Positions 11,392-21,725 of a stretch of DNA of 64,000 bases are shown piece by piece. The translations under genes were made by a program, and so were the position numbers. Every line of letters begins with the position of its first letter. The first letter of the stretch is position 1. This DNA comes from Bacilli bacterium (GTDB lineage Bacteria; Bacillota_I; Bacilli_A; RF39; UBA660). Under the pieces are notes generated by a model. That model did not search any database and was not told the DNA's origin. It saw only the letters and a list, made by a program, of their open reading frames with translations. The stretch spans positions 129,206 through 193,205 of the forward strand of contig JAQUVS010000001.1 of NCBI GenBank assembly GCA_028693275.1. The letters are read 5' to 3'.

Positions 11392-12342
11392 ATGTTACAA
11401 TTTGAAAAACCAATTTATAAAATAACTGATTATATAGAAAATAATTTCTATGGAAAATTTGAATTAGAACCATTAGAAAGAGGATTTGGTACAACTATTG
11501 GTAATGCTCTTAGAAGAGTAATGTTATCATCTTTACCTGGTTCTGCTATAAGTAGTATTAAGATTGATGGAGTTTCTCATGAATTCCAAACAATTGAAGG
11601 TGTAGTAGAAGATGTTTCTTTAATTATCTTAAATTTAAAAGGTGTAGTTGTTAAAAATCACACTAATGAAAAAAAGGTAATTAGATTAAATGTATCTAAA
11701 GAAGGTCCAGTTACTGCTGGAGATATTGAAAGAGATGCAGATATTGAAATATTAAATCCAGACAAGGTTATAGCTAATATTGCCAAGGGTGGAAAATTAG
11801 TAATGGAAATGACAGTTTCAAATGGTAGAGGATATGTTAGAAGTGAAGAAAATAAAAAATTGTTAGGTGACAAAAAAGTTGGAACTATAGCAATAGATTC
11901 ACTTTACTCTCCAATTGAAAGAGTTTCTTGTGATGTAGAACCTGCACGTGTAGGACAAGATGAAAGTTATGATAGATTAATTCTAAATGTATGGACAAAT
12001 GGAGCTATTAAGCCTGAAGAAGCAGTTGCTTTAGCATCAAGAATATTAATAGAACATTTTAACGTAGTTACAGACTTAAATAGTATTGCTGATATGACTG
12101 GATTAATGATTGAAAAAACAGAAGATCCAAAAGTAAAAGCACTAGAAACAACTATTGAAGATTTAGATTTCTCAGTTAGAGCTTATAATTGTTTAAAGAG
12201 AGCTGGAGTACATACATTACAAGATTTAGTTAATAAATCTGAAGATGATATGATGAAGATTCGTAATTTAGGTAAAAAGTCTTTAAAAGAAGTTTTAGAT
12301 AAAGTTAGGGACTTAGGATTATTATTAAGAGATGAAGATTAA
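11392..12342 (+). CDS. rpoA: DNA-directed RNA polymerase subunit alpha
   Basis: 316 aa with alpha NTD and CTD. Confidence 0.95.
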   Translation: MLQFEKPIYKITDYIENNFYGKFELEPLERGFGTTIGNALRRVMLSSLPGSAISSIKIDGVSHEFQTIEGVVEDVSLIILNLKGVVVKNHTNEKKVIRLNVSKEGPVTAGDIERDADIEILNPDKVIANIAKGGKLVMEMTVSNGRGYVRSEENKKLLGDKKVGTIAIDSLYSPIERVSCDVEPARVGQDESYDRLILNVWTNGAIKPEEAVALASRILIEHFNVVTDLNSIADMTGLMIEKTEDPKVKALETTIEDLDFSVRAYNCLKRAGVHTLQDLVNKSEDDMMKIRNLGKKSLKEVLDKVRDLGLLLRDED

Positions 12343-12360
12343 AAGTAAGGAGGACTAAAT

Positions 12361-12705
12361 ATGGCATATAGAAAATTAGGTCGTGATTGTAAACATAGAA
12401 GAAGCATGCTTGCTAATTTAACTAAAGATGTTATCATGCACGAAAGAATTGAAACAACAGAAACAAGAGCTAAGGAAGTTCGTAAATTTGTTGATAAAAT
12501 GATTACTTATGGTAAAAATGGTAGCTTAGTGTCAAGAAGACAAGCACTAGCTTTCCTTCAAAATGATAATGAAGCTGTACAAAAAGTTTTCAATGATCTT
12601 GCTAAACGTTATGAAAATAGAAACGGTGGATATACAAGAATAATGAAGACTGCTGAAAGAAGAGGAGATAATTCCCTAATGGCAATTATCGAATTAGTAA
12701 AATAA
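12361..12705 (+). CDS. rplQ: 50S ribosomal protein L17
   Basis: 114 aa L17 sequence. Confidence 0.94.
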   Translation: MAYRKLGRDCKHRRSMLANLTKDVIMHERIETTETRAKEVRKFVDKMITYGKNGSLVSRRQALAFLQNDNEAVQKVFNDLAKRYENRNGGYTRIMKTAERRGDNSLMAIIELVK

Positions 12706-12731
12706 AGATACAATGTATCTTTTTTTTTTTG
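12706..12731 (+). terminator. rho-independent terminator after rplQ
   Basis: Hairpin AGATAcaatgTATCT followed by a T10-13 run. Confidence 0.7.
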
Positions 12732-12769
12732 ATTTACTTTGATATAATAAAGAAGAAATGGGTGGTTAT

Positions 12770-13522
12770 ATGAAGGCATTAGTTACAGGTGCTTCTTCTG
12801 GAATAGGGTTGGAGATATCAAAATATTTAGATTCATTGGGATATGAAATGATTCTAGTTTCTAGAAGTAAGAATGATTTAGAAATGTTACAATTAAAATT
12901 AAAGAATAAGTCTAAGATAGTAGTCATGGATTTAAGTGACGAAGCTAATATTAAATCTTTATATGTTTTATGTAAAAATGAAGATATAGATGTTTTAGTA
13001 AATAATGCTGGTTTTGGAACTTGCGGATATTTTTCTGATACAGATCTAAATAAAGACATGGAAATGATTAATTTAAATGTAAAAGCAGTTCATTTGCTTA
13101 CTAAATTATTTTTAAAAGATATGATAAAAAGAGATAAAGGTTATATTTTGAATGTGGCTTCAACTGCTGCTTTTCAATCAGGACCTTTAATGGCAGTTTA
13201 TTATAGTACTAAAGCCTATGTATATAGATTAACAGAGTCTATATCTTATGAACTAAAGAAACAAAAATCTAATGTTAAAGTGTCTGCTTTATGTCCTGGA
13301 CCAGTCGACACAAACTTTAATAAAGTAGCAGGTGTTAATTTTAGTATTAAACCTTTAACAAGCAAGTATGTAGCAAAATACGCTATAGATAAAATGTTAA
13401 AAAATAAGATGCTTATTATACCAGGATTTAAGATAAAATGTGCCAAGTTCTTTGGAAGATTTTTATCAGATAAGATGTTAATGAGAATAACCTATAGAGT
13501 GCAAAAAAAGAAATTGAAATAA
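12770..13522 (+). CDS. short-chain dehydrogenase/reductase (SDR) family oxidoreductase
   Basis: TGASSGIG Rossmann motif plus NNAG and YxxxK catalytic elements. Start placed at ATG 12770 (MKALVTG); the track start is 12758. Confidence 0.8.
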   Translation: MKALVTGASSGIGLEISKYLDSLGYEMILVSRSKNDLEMLQLKLKNKSKIVVMDLSDEANIKSLYVLCKNEDIDVLVNNAGFGTCGYFSDTDLNKDMEMINLNVKAVHLLTKLFLKDMIKRDKGYILNVASTAAFQSGPLMAVYYSTKAYVYRLTESISYELKKQKSNVKVSALCPGPVDTNFNKVAGVNFSIKPLTSKYVAKYAIDKMLKNKMLIIPGFKIKCAKFFGRFLSDKMLMRITYRVQKKKLK

Positions 13523-13600
13523 GCAGCTTAAAAGTTGCTTTTTTATTTGAATAATTTTATATAATTTAGTATAATAATAACCTATGACGAGGTGGTATTA

Positions 13601-14410
13601 GTGGATAGTATTATACAAGTTAGAGATTTAACATTTAAGTATGGTAAGAAGGTTTTATTTAATAAACTTTCTTTAGATATAAACGAAGGAATGTTTGTTT
13701 CTATTATTGGTAGCAATAATTGTGGTAAAACTACACTAATAAAGTTGTTAGGTGGTATTTTACCTAATAATAAGACAATTGTAGCAGGTTATTCTTATGT
13801 AAACAGTAATAGAATACAGGCTTCTGCCTCTTTTTATGGTATAGTAATTCATGATTTTAGTAATAAATTCTTATTTGAAAAGGTATATGACGAATTGGTG
13901 TTTCCACTTGAAAATTTATGTTATGAAAAAAAGATGATTGAAGATAGAGTTATTGAAGTAGCAAAGATCTTTAAAATAACAAAGTTATTAGATAGAAATA
14001 TTAAAGACATCACTAGTTCAGAAAAACAAAAACTTTTACTTGCTTTATCTTATGTTCATAAACCAAAAGTTTTATTGCTTGATAATCCTTTTATTATGAT
14101 GACTAAATCTGATAAAAAAGATATGCTTAATTCTCTTAGAGAAATTAATAAACAAAATAAAGTAACTATAGTTCTTGCTTCTAATGACTTAGAAGAAATA
14201 ATTGATTTAGATTATACTTATGTTTTTGATGAAGGTAAGTTAATTATGGAAGGAAAACCTTTATCTGTTTTAAGAGAAGAAATGATATTAAACAAAATTG
14301 GTCTAAAATTACCGTTTATGGCAGATCTTTCATTTAAACTGGAATTCTATGAACTTATAAAGAGTCCAGTATTAGAATTAGAAAGGATGGTTGATACTTT
14401 ATGGAAATAA
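13601..14410 (+). CDS. ecfA1: energy-coupling factor transporter ATPase EcfA1-like, catalytic motifs degenerate
   Basis: ABC ATPase fold with the EcfA1 C-terminal region, in the conserved post-rplQ position. Signature motif, Walker B Glu and H-loop His are all substituted. Start GTG 13601 after a GAGGTGG RBS; the track start is 13592. Confidence 0.6.
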   Translation: MDSIIQVRDLTFKYGKKVLFNKLSLDINEGMFVSIIGSNNCGKTTLIKLLGGILPNNKTIVAGYSYVNSNRIQASASFYGIVIHDFSNKFLFEKVYDELVFPLENLCYEKKMIEDRVIEVAKIFKITKLLDRNIKDITSSEKQKLLLALSYVHKPKVLLLDNPFIMMTKSDKKDMLNSLREINKQNKVTIVLASNDLEEIIDLDYTYVFDEGKLIMEGKPLSVLREEMILNKIGLKLPFMADLSFKLEFYELIKSPVLELERMVDTLWK

Positions 14411-15210
14411 TTTTACATGGTGTTAGTTACAGAAATAAAAGTAAGACTATTCTTGATAAGATAAGTTTATGTATAAAAGATAATAAAATAACAGGTGTTA
14501 TAGGTGATAATAAAACTTTGTTTTTAGAATTATTAGATGCTATAGCAATACCTTCATCTGGAGATATTTATATTGATAGGAGAAAAGTAGAAAGAGATAA
14601 TTTAGATTATATAAGACAAATTATTTCTCTAGTAAGACAAAATTCTCTTGATAATTTTTTTACAACTACTGTTAAAGAAGAAATGAATTTTGTTACAAAA
14701 ATGTTACACTATAATACAGAAAAAATAAATAAGAAAATGATTGATTCACTTAAACTAGTTGGTTTAGATGAAAGTTATATAAAAAGAAGTTTATTTACTT
14801 TATCAGCAAGTGAAAGAAAATTAGTACAAATAGCAATATCTTTAATTACTAATCCTAAAATAATTATGTTTGATGAACCTTTTGAGGAATTAGATAATAG
14901 AAATAGAAAAATAATATTAAAACTTATAAGAAAATTAAAAGTTAAATATAATAAAACTATAATAATAGCTACAAATGATACAAATATATTATATGAAAAC
15001 TGTGATGATTTAATAATTATTAAAGGTATGAAAGTAATAGCAGCAGATAATAGTGATTTGATATTTAAAGATATAGAGTTTTTAAAGAAAAATAATATTG
15101 ATGTACCAAATTTAGTATTATTTACTCATTTAGCTAAAAATAAAAAAGTTAGATTAATGTATCACAAGGATATTAAAGATTTAATAAAGGATGTGTATAA
15201 ACATGTTTAG
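14401..15210 (+). CDS. ecfA2: energy-coupling factor transporter ATPase EcfA2-like, degenerate P-loop
   Basis: ABC ATPase fold with Walker B FDEP intact, but P-loop GVIGDNKT and signature LSASE are degenerate. Confidence 0.6.
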   Translation: MEIILHGVSYRNKSKTILDKISLCIKDNKITGVIGDNKTLFLELLDAIAIPSSGDIYIDRRKVERDNLDYIRQIISLVRQNSLDNFFTTTVKEEMNFVTKMLHYNTEKINKKMIDSLKLVGLDESYIKRSLFTLSASERKLVQIAISLITNPKIIMFDEPFEELDNRNRKIILKLIRKLKVKYNKTIIIATNDTNILYENCDDLIIIKGMKVIAADNSDLIFKDIEFLKKNNIDVPNLVLFTHLAKNKKVRLMYHKDIKDLIKDVYKHV

Positions 15211-15850
15211 TAAAGATTCAATATTACATGAAGTAAATGTGATAATTAAAATAATTTCTTATATAATATTTTTGGTTACTATTTTATTTTTTAATAATAG
15301 TATTTATTTTTTAACACTAAGTGTCTTTATATATTTATATACTAAAGATTTTAAAATTATAGGTAAGATAAGTTTTATTAATTTTATAATTGGAATATAT
15401 ATCTTTTTATATCCACAATATCTGTTGATTAATAAATTATTGTTATTAATATTATACACAGTACTTGTGAAAAAAATTACTAAAGTAAAAGAATTTAGAT
15501 ATATATTAGAAATCACTTTATATAGATTTAAGAGTACAAAGGTCACTTATATCTTTTTATATAATTTGTATTTTTTAAAGTACTTAAAAAATAATTTTGT
15601 AAATGTAATTAAATTAAAAAAAGAATATGGATTTAAGGGAAGTATACATTCATATAGATATATGATAAGTATGTCTTATAGAAAAACAAAGCAAGAAATA
15701 AAAGAATTAATAATAGTTAATAATTTAAGGTTTTATAATATTTCAGATAGAAGAACTTACTTAGAAGATAATAAGTTAGAAATTTGGGATATGTGTTATT
15801 TATTTATTCATTTTGTTGTGTTTATTATCCTTATTTTTGTAGGGAGGTAA
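15204..15850 (+). CDS. ecfT: ECF transporter transmembrane (T) component, divergent
   Basis: Polytopic, very hydrophobic protein in the conserved ecfA-ecfA'-ecfT-truA position. Start taken at ATG 15204 (MFSKD). Confidence 0.5.
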
Positions 15851-15851
15851 T

Positions 15852-16583
15852 ATGAGATATTTTATTAAGTTTTCTTATGATGGGAGTTGTTTTCATGGAT
15901 ATCAAATTCAACCTAATCTTAGAACTGTGCAAGGTGAATTAGAAAAGGCTTTATCTTATATAAATGGTAAAAACAGAGTAATTGTTCATGCTTCTGGTAG
16001 AACTGATTTAGGGGTTCATGCACGTATGCAAACTGCTACTTTTGATTTGGATAGGAATATACCTTTATATAAGCTTAAAATGGCTATAAACTCTAATATA
16101 GGTGATGATATTCATGTTTATAGTGTTGAAATTGTTAGTAGTGAATTTCATGCGAGATTTAGTTCTGTTTCTAAGGAATATAATTACTATATAAATATTG
16201 GAGAATATGATCCAATAAATAGAAATTATGTTTATCAGTATAATAGACCTTTAGATATAGAACAATTAAAAAGAAATATAAAATATTATATAGGTAAACA
16301 TGATTTTAGATCTTTTGTATCTGCTGAAGATATTAGAGAAAATGCTATTAGAGAAATGTTTGATGCTCATATAGAAGTAGATAAAAATATAATTAAATTT
16401 GTATTTGTAGCAGATGGTTTTTTAAAGTATCAAGTAAGAAATATGGTAGGAACTTTATTATCTATTTGTGAAGGTAAAATAGAAGATTTATCTATTCCTA
16501 AAATATTAGAATTAAAGGATAGAACAACTGCAGGAAGAACTGCTCCTGGAGAAGGTTTATATTTAGAAAGAGTAAATTATTAA
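15852..16583 (+). CDS. truA: tRNA pseudouridine(38-40) synthase
   Basis: 243 aa TruA sequence including the RTD catalytic Asp motif (SGRTDLGVHA). Confidence 0.9.
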   Translation: MRYFIKFSYDGSCFHGYQIQPNLRTVQGELEKALSYINGKNRVIVHASGRTDLGVHARMQTATFDLDRNIPLYKLKMAINSNIGDDIHVYSVEIVSSEFHARFSSVSKEYNYYINIGEYDPINRNYVYQYNRPLDIEQLKRNIKYYIGKHDFRSFVSAEDIRENAIREMFDAHIEVDKNIIKFVFVADGFLKYQVRNMVGTLLSICEGKIEDLSIPKILELKDRTTAGRTAPGEGLYLERVNY

Positions 16584-16609
16584 TTATCTTATGTTATATA
16601 AGAAAAATG

Positions 16610-16638
16610 TTGACAACAAGGTTATATTTTAGTATAAT
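16610..16638 (+). promoter_or_regulatory. sigma-A promoter for rplM-rpsI
   Basis: TTGACA at 16610-16615, a 17-bp spacer, then TATAAT at 16633-16638. A ~70-nt leader follows and could be an L13-leader-type autoregulatory RNA; I could not verify this. Confidence 0.6.
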
Positions 16639-16712
16639 TTTAATCGGTACATTTATAGATCCAATGCAACTTTTTTCCGGGAGTTGTGGGGGAATAATAA
16701 AGGAGAAAAAAT

Positions 16713-17147
16713 ATGAAAAGTTTTGTACAAACAAAAGAAACTGTAGACCGTAAATGGTATGTTATAGATGCTGAAGGTAAATCTTTAGGTAGAGTTGCTT
16801 CTAAAGCTGCACATATCTTACGTGGTAAACACAAAGTAACTTATACTCCAAATATTGATTGTGGAGATTTCGTTATTATAATTAATTCAAAAGAAGTTAA
16901 TTTAACTGGTAATAAGTTAAATGACAAGATGTATTATAACCATTCAATGTATGCTGGTGGTTTAAGAGAAAGAAATGCAAAAGTTATGATAGAAAAATAT
17001 CCTAACGAGATGATGGAAAGAGCTGTTAAGGGGATGCTTCCTCATAATAGACTAGGACGTCAAATGTATAGAAAATTATTTGTTTATGAAGGACAAGAAC
17101 ATCCACATATGGCTCAAAAGCCAGTTGTGCTTGAACTTGATAAGTAG
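16713..17147 (+). CDS. rplM: 50S ribosomal protein L13
   Basis: 144 aa L13 sequence. Confidence 0.94.
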   Translation: MKSFVQTKETVDRKWYVIDAEGKSLGRVASKAAHILRGKHKVTYTPNIDCGDFVIIINSKEVNLTGNKLNDKMYYNHSMYAGGLRERNAKVMIEKYPNEMMERAVKGMLPHNRLGRQMYRKLFVYEGQEHPHMAQKPVVLELDK

Positions 17148-17156
17148 GAGGGTATA

Positions 17157-17582
17157 ATGGCAAAGGAAAAGAAAACTGTATATACTGGAACAGGTAAAAG
17201 AAAATCTAGTATAGCTAAAGTAAGATTAGTTTCTGGAACAGGTAAAGTTACTATTAACGGTAAAGATGCTAGTGAATATTTACCATTCCCAACCCTAGTT
17301 ATGGATTTAAGACAACCACTTGAATTAACTAACACAGCAGAAATGTTTGATGTTGAAGCTAAAGTATATGGTGGAGGATTCTCTGGACAAACTGGAGCAG
17401 TTCGTTTAGGTATAACTAGAGCATTATTGGAATATGATAAAACTACAGAAGCATCAAGTGAAAATAGTTTTAGAAGACCATTAAAGGCAGCTGGATTTAT
17501 TACAAGAGATTCAAGAATTAAAGAACGTAAAAAACCAGGGCTTAAAAAAGCTCGTAGAGCACCACAATTCTCAAAGAGATAA
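17157..17582 (+). CDS. rpsI: 30S ribosomal protein S9
   Basis: 141 aa ending in a basic tail ..RRAPQFSKR. Confidence 0.94.
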   Translation: MAKEKKTVYTGTGKRKSSIAKVRLVSGTGKVTINGKDASEYLPFPTLVMDLRQPLELTNTAEMFDVEAKVYGGGFSGQTGAVRLGITRALLEYDKTTEASSENSFRRPLKAAGFITRDSRIKERKKPGLKKARRAPQFSKR

Positions 17583-17590
17583 TAATATTA

Positions 17591-17616
17591 AAGAACATAT
17601 ATTTATGTTCTTTTTT
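17591..17616. terminator. bidirectional rho-independent terminator
   Basis: Hairpin AGAACATatatttATGTTCT flanked by an A-run on one side and T6 on the other, between convergent rpsI (+) and the 17639-18619 gene (-). Confidence 0.7.
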
Positions 17617-17638
17617 TGTATATAAAAAAGTATTTTGA

Positions 17639-18619
17639 TTAAAATTCAAAATACTTTACTTTTTCATCTAAGTCAATATTTCTTCCTGTAAAATAAGAAA
17701 GATTGTTAAATAACTTATCTAATTTAATTTTTTTATTATCATAAATATATTCATTTATTGAATTTATTATTACTAAAGTTTTTTCTAAACTTAAACAATA
17801 TAGATCAATTATAGATTCATTATGTTTTAATTTATCATTACAAGGATATAACCATCTGTTATTATCTAGATTAAGCCAATTCTCTTTGTTTTTGGGATTA
17901 ATATGATAAGAAATAGGTTCAAGTCTAAGAATATTGTTTGGTGTTACTATATCTATTAATTTATAAAGATTCTTTTTAATACCATAAGGATCATATCTAA
18001 AAATTCTATAGAATTTTTTCATTTGTTTGATTGAACTTATATAAACAGAATCAATTTTATTAATATTAAAAACTTCTTTATAGGTAAAATTAATTACTTC
18101 TTTTAAACTATCAGATAATTCATAAGTATTTAAACCAAAGTTATAGCATTTAAATTTCCAAGGAATAATATTTTCCCTATAAGCAACCATATAATTATCA
18201 AAAAATGATTCTAATTCACCATGTAATTGATTATATTTATAAGTTTTTTTATTTGTTTTATCAAAGTCACCTGTTTTATAAACGACATAAGGATGAATAG
18301 TACTATCTAAGACAAAATGACAGATTAATCCATATAGATAAGCCATTATTTCTCCATTATTTGAGTAGTTATTATATTTAATATAATTAATTAAAGTAAT
18401 AAAAAATTCATTAGTTTTATGAGTATGAAAATAATTACCAAACTTTCTAACTTTTTTACCATTTTTAATGTTTGCTATATTATAAAAAAATAAAGGATCC
18501 AAACTTTGAGAAGCAGTTTTAAGTAATTCTTTATGATCTAATAATAGTTCTTTTAATGGAATACTTAATGAATCATAAACGTCCATAGCAAAGTAAGTAT
18601 GAGTCATTGTACTAGGCAT
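17639..18619 (-). CDS. zinc-dependent phospholipase C family protein (putative)
   Basis: N-terminus MPSTMTHTYFAMDVYD typical of this family, with several conserved His. Start placed at the internal ATG 18619 behind a GGTGGTG RBS; the track ORF extends to 18685. Confidence 0.45.
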   Translation of the reverse strand: MPSTMTHTYFAMDVYDSLSIPLKELLLDHKELLKTASQSLDPLFFYNIANIKNGKKVRKFGNYFHTHKTNEFFITLINYIKYNNYSNNGEIMAYLYGLICHFVLDSTIHPYVVYKTGDFDKTNKKTYKYNQLHGELESFFDNYMVAYRENIIPWKFKCYNFGLNTYELSDSLKEVINFTYKEVFNINKIDSVYISSIKQMKKFYRIFRYDPYGIKKNLYKLIDIVTPNNILRLEPISYHINPKNKENWLNLDNNRWLYPCNDKLKHNESIIDLYCLSLEKTLVIINSINEYIYDNKKIKLDKLFNNLSYFTGRNIDLDEKVKYFEF

Positions 18620-18718
18620 AGTAATCACCACCATATGATAAATTATAACATATTTTTTCATTAAATTTTCATATATTTTACACAATACTTGTGCTATAAT
18701 TTATACTAGGTGAGATGA

Positions 18719-19672
18719 ATGTATAATAGAAGTGGAAAAGAATTTAAAAATTTAGAAGAGCAAATAGAAATTCTAGAGTTCAAGGGATTAATTATATCAA
18801 ATTATGAATTTGCTAAAGAAGTTCTTTTAAGAGAAAATTATTTCTTTTTAAATGGATATAGACATTTATTCATGAAATCAGAAAATAATAAGAGATTTAT
18901 TGATGGTACTACATTTGAAGAATTATATAGTTTATTTTTATTTGATAGACAATTTAGAAATGTAATATTTAAGAATTTATTAATAATTGAAAATAATGTA
19001 AAATCAGTTATATCTTATCAATTATCATTAAAGTATGGGTATAAAGAAAATGATTATCTTAAAGAAAAGAATTTTACTAGAGATCCAGAAAAAAGTAGAC
19101 AAGTAAATGATTTACTTAAGAAAATGAAAAGACAAGTTAGATCTAATGCTAATCAGCATGCAGCTACAATGCATTATGTAAGTAATTATGGTTATATACC
19201 ATTATGGGTATTAGTAAAGGTTTTATCTTTTGGTATTGTAGGAGAATTATTCTCTATTTTAAAAAGAGAAGATCAAGAAATAATAGCTAATATGTATAAT
19301 ATGGATCCAGATGAATTAATTAATAATTTACCTATATTATCTAATTATAGAAATCTTTGTGCACATGAAGATATAGTTTTTGAAAATAAGACACAAAGAG
19401 TTATAGAAGATACTATATATCATCAATTATTAAAGATAAATAAGATGGATGGAGAATATATATATGGTAAGAATGATCTATTTGCTTTAATAATTTTAAT
19501 TAAACAGATGCTTAAAGATGTTGAATTTAAAGATATGGTTATAGAAATAGATAGATTATTGGATAATTTAGCTTATAATTTAAAAACAATACCTTTAAGT
19601 AAGGTATTAGATAGAATGGGATTTCCAGAAAATTGGGAGGATATTCAAAATATTAAAAAGAGGGTGGAATAA
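18719..19672 (+). CDS. Abi_2 (AbiD/AbiF-like) abortive-infection family protein, HEPN-type
   Basis: N-terminal ..EEQIEILEFKGLIISNYEFAKEVLLRENYFFLNGYRHLF.. matches the Abi_2 consensus; RNLCAHED is an HEPN Rx4-6H motif. Confidence 0.75.
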   Translation: MYNRSGKEFKNLEEQIEILEFKGLIISNYEFAKEVLLRENYFFLNGYRHLFMKSENNKRFIDGTTFEELYSLFLFDRQFRNVIFKNLLIIENNVKSVISYQLSLKYGYKENDYLKEKNFTRDPEKSRQVNDLLKKMKRQVRSNANQHAATMHYVSNYGYIPLWVLVKVLSFGIVGELFSILKREDQEIIANMYNMDPDELINNLPILSNYRNLCAHEDIVFENKTQRVIEDTIYHQLLKINKMDGEYIYGKNDLFALIILIKQMLKDVEFKDMVIEIDRLLDNLAYNLKTIPLSKVLDRMGFPENWEDIQNIKKRVE

Positions 19673-20790
19673 TGAGAGGAAAAATATTAAATGCTTTAAC
19701 TATTGTAGGATCATTTATTGTTGGAGCATCATTTACTTATTTTGTAATTGTAAATCCTTTTTGGGATAATAAAAGTAGTAATAATACATCAAGTGGTAAT
19801 ACTGATAATGCTGGTGTAGTAAAGTATGATAAAGATATTACTATTGATGAAACAGGTATTTCTTCATCTGTTGGGAAGATTTATGATGCAGCAGTAACTG
19901 TTGAAAATATACAAAGAGGACAAGTTTCTAGTACAGGTAGTGGATTTGTTTATAAAACAGATGATAATTATGGGTATATACTAACAAACCAACACGTAGT
20001 AGAAGATTCATCAAGTATTACTATTGTTATGTCTGATAAAACTGAAGTAGAAGGTAAACTTTTAGGAAGTGATGAGTATTTAGACTTAGCAGTTGTAAGA
20101 ATAGAAAAAAAATATGTTAAATTAGTTGCTACTTTAGGTAATAGTAGTGATAGTGAACTTGGAGATACAGTTTTTACTATTGGTAGTCCAGTTGGAGTTG
20201 AATATAGTGGAACAGTTACTAGAGGAACATTATCAGGTAAAAATAGAATGGTTTCAGTATCTATTTCTAATTCAGAAAATTGGATTATGAAAGTATTACA
20301 AATAGATGCAGCAATTAATCCAGGTAATAGTGGTGGTGCATTATTAAATGTAAATGGAGAAGTAATAGGAATTAATTCTCTTAAGTTAGCAGAAACTTCT
20401 ATTGAAGGAATGGGATTTGCTATTCCAATTGAATATGCAATGAATTATGTATCTATTCTTGAAGATGGTAAAGAAATAGAAAGACCATTTATAGGAATAT
20501 CAATGGTTGATGTAGATAATACTAATATGTTATATCAAGCAGGATTAATGATTGATAAAGATATAACTTATGGAGCAGTTATCCTAAGTATTTCTCTTAA
20601 TAGTGGTGCTTCTAAAGCAGGTTTAGAAAAAGGTGATATCATTATTAAATTAGGAGATAAAAAGATAGAAGATACTTCTTATTTAAAATATGAATTATAT
20701 CAATATAAAGTAGGAGATACTGTTAAAGTTACTTATATAAGAAATGGCGAAGAAAAAACAACAAATATAACTTTAGGTAAAGCAGAATAA
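19672..20790 (+). CDS. HtrA/DegP-family (S1C) serine protease with N-terminal TM anchor and C-terminal PDZ domain
   Basis: Catalytic triad contexts TNQHVV, DLAV and GNSGGAL. The ATG overlaps the stop of the upstream Abi gene. Confidence 0.85.
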   Translation: MRGKILNALTIVGSFIVGASFTYFVIVNPFWDNKSSNNTSSGNTDNAGVVKYDKDITIDETGISSSVGKIYDAAVTVENIQRGQVSSTGSGFVYKTDDNYGYILTNQHVVEDSSSITIVMSDKTEVEGKLLGSDEYLDLAVVRIEKKYVKLVATLGNSSDSELGDTVFTIGSPVGVEYSGTVTRGTLSGKNRMVSVSISNSENWIMKVLQIDAAINPGNSGGALLNVNGEVIGINSLKLAETSIEGMGFAIPIEYAMNYVSILEDGKEIERPFIGISMVDVDNTNMLYQAGLMIDKDITYGAVILSISLNSGASKAGLEKGDIIIKLGDKKIEDTSYLKYELYQYKVGDTVKVTYIRNGEEKTTNITLGKAE

Positions 20791-20854
20791 AATATTAGTA
20801 ATAGTAGAAATACTATTACTTTTTTTGTGCTATAATTATTATAGGAGTGATAGT

Positions 20855-21724
20855 ATGTTAAAAATAAATAACTTAACTAAATATTATGGAAAAAATAAAG
20901 GTGTAGAAGATATTAATTTAGATATATCTAAGGGAGAAATATTTGGTTTTATAGGACCTAATGGTAGTGGTAAATCTACAACAATAAAATGTATTATGAA
21001 TTTAATAAATAAAAATAATGGAGAAATATTTATTAATAAAGAAGAAATTAAGAAGAAGAATTTTAATATAAAAGAAAAAATAGGATATTTACCTAGTGAA
21101 GTAAATTTATATGATGATTTAACAGTTAAGCAAATGATAGAATATTCAAACTCTTTTTATAAAAAAGACTGTATGAAAAAAGCAAATGAACTTGTTAAAA
21201 GATTAGAATTAGATCTTAATAAAAAAATAGAACAGTTATCGTTAGGAAACTTAAAAAAAGTAGGAATAGTTTTAACTTTTATGCATAGTCCTAAGATTGC
21301 TATTTTAGATGAAGCAACTAGTGGATTAGACCCTTTAATGCAAGAAGAATTTTATAAGATTCTTTTAGAAGAAAAAGAAAAAGGTATGACAATATTCTTT
21401 TCTTCACATATATTAAGTGAAATAAAAAAAGTTTGTGATAGAGTAGCTATAATTAAAAATGGACAAATAATAAAAATAGAAAATATAAATACTATTCGTA
21501 ATAATGAATTTATAACTATAACAATAGAAGCAAATAATATTAAAGAATTTAAGAAAATATTAAATGATAGTATCATAGAAGAAAATCATAAAATGATTAA
21601 ATTTATTTATACAGGAGATATAAATAAATTAATAAAAGAATTAAATAAATATGATGTAGATAAATTATTAATAGAAGAACCTTCTATAGAAGAAATATTT
21701 ATGCATTATTATAAGGAGGATTAA
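20855..21724 (+). CDS. ABC transporter ATP-binding protein
   Basis: Walker A GPNGSGKST, signature LSLGNLKK and Walker B ILDEAT. Start at ATG 20855 after a GGAGTGA RBS; the track start 20825 lies inside the promoter -10 (TGCTATAAT). Confidence 0.85.
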   Translation: MLKINNLTKYYGKNKGVEDINLDISKGEIFGFIGPNGSGKSTTIKCIMNLINKNNGEIFINKEEIKKKNFNIKEKIGYLPSEVNLYDDLTVKQMIEYSNSFYKKDCMKKANELVKRLELDLNKKIEQLSLGNLKKVGIVLTFMHSPKIAILDEATSGLDPLMQEEFYKILLEEKEKGMTIFFSSHILSEIKKVCDRVAIIKNGQIIKIENINTIRNNEFITITIEANNIKEFKKILNDSIIEENHKMIKFIYTGDINKLIKELNKYDVDKLLIEEPSIEEIFMHYYKED

Positions 21725-21725
21725 A

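Noticed and set aside
16640-16712. Possible L13-leader autoregulatory RNA upstream of rplM
   Set aside because: A leader of suitable length with a small hairpin (CAACTtttttccgggAGTTG) exists, but I cannot verify the Rfam L13-leader consensus by eye; it is mentioned only within the promoter feature.
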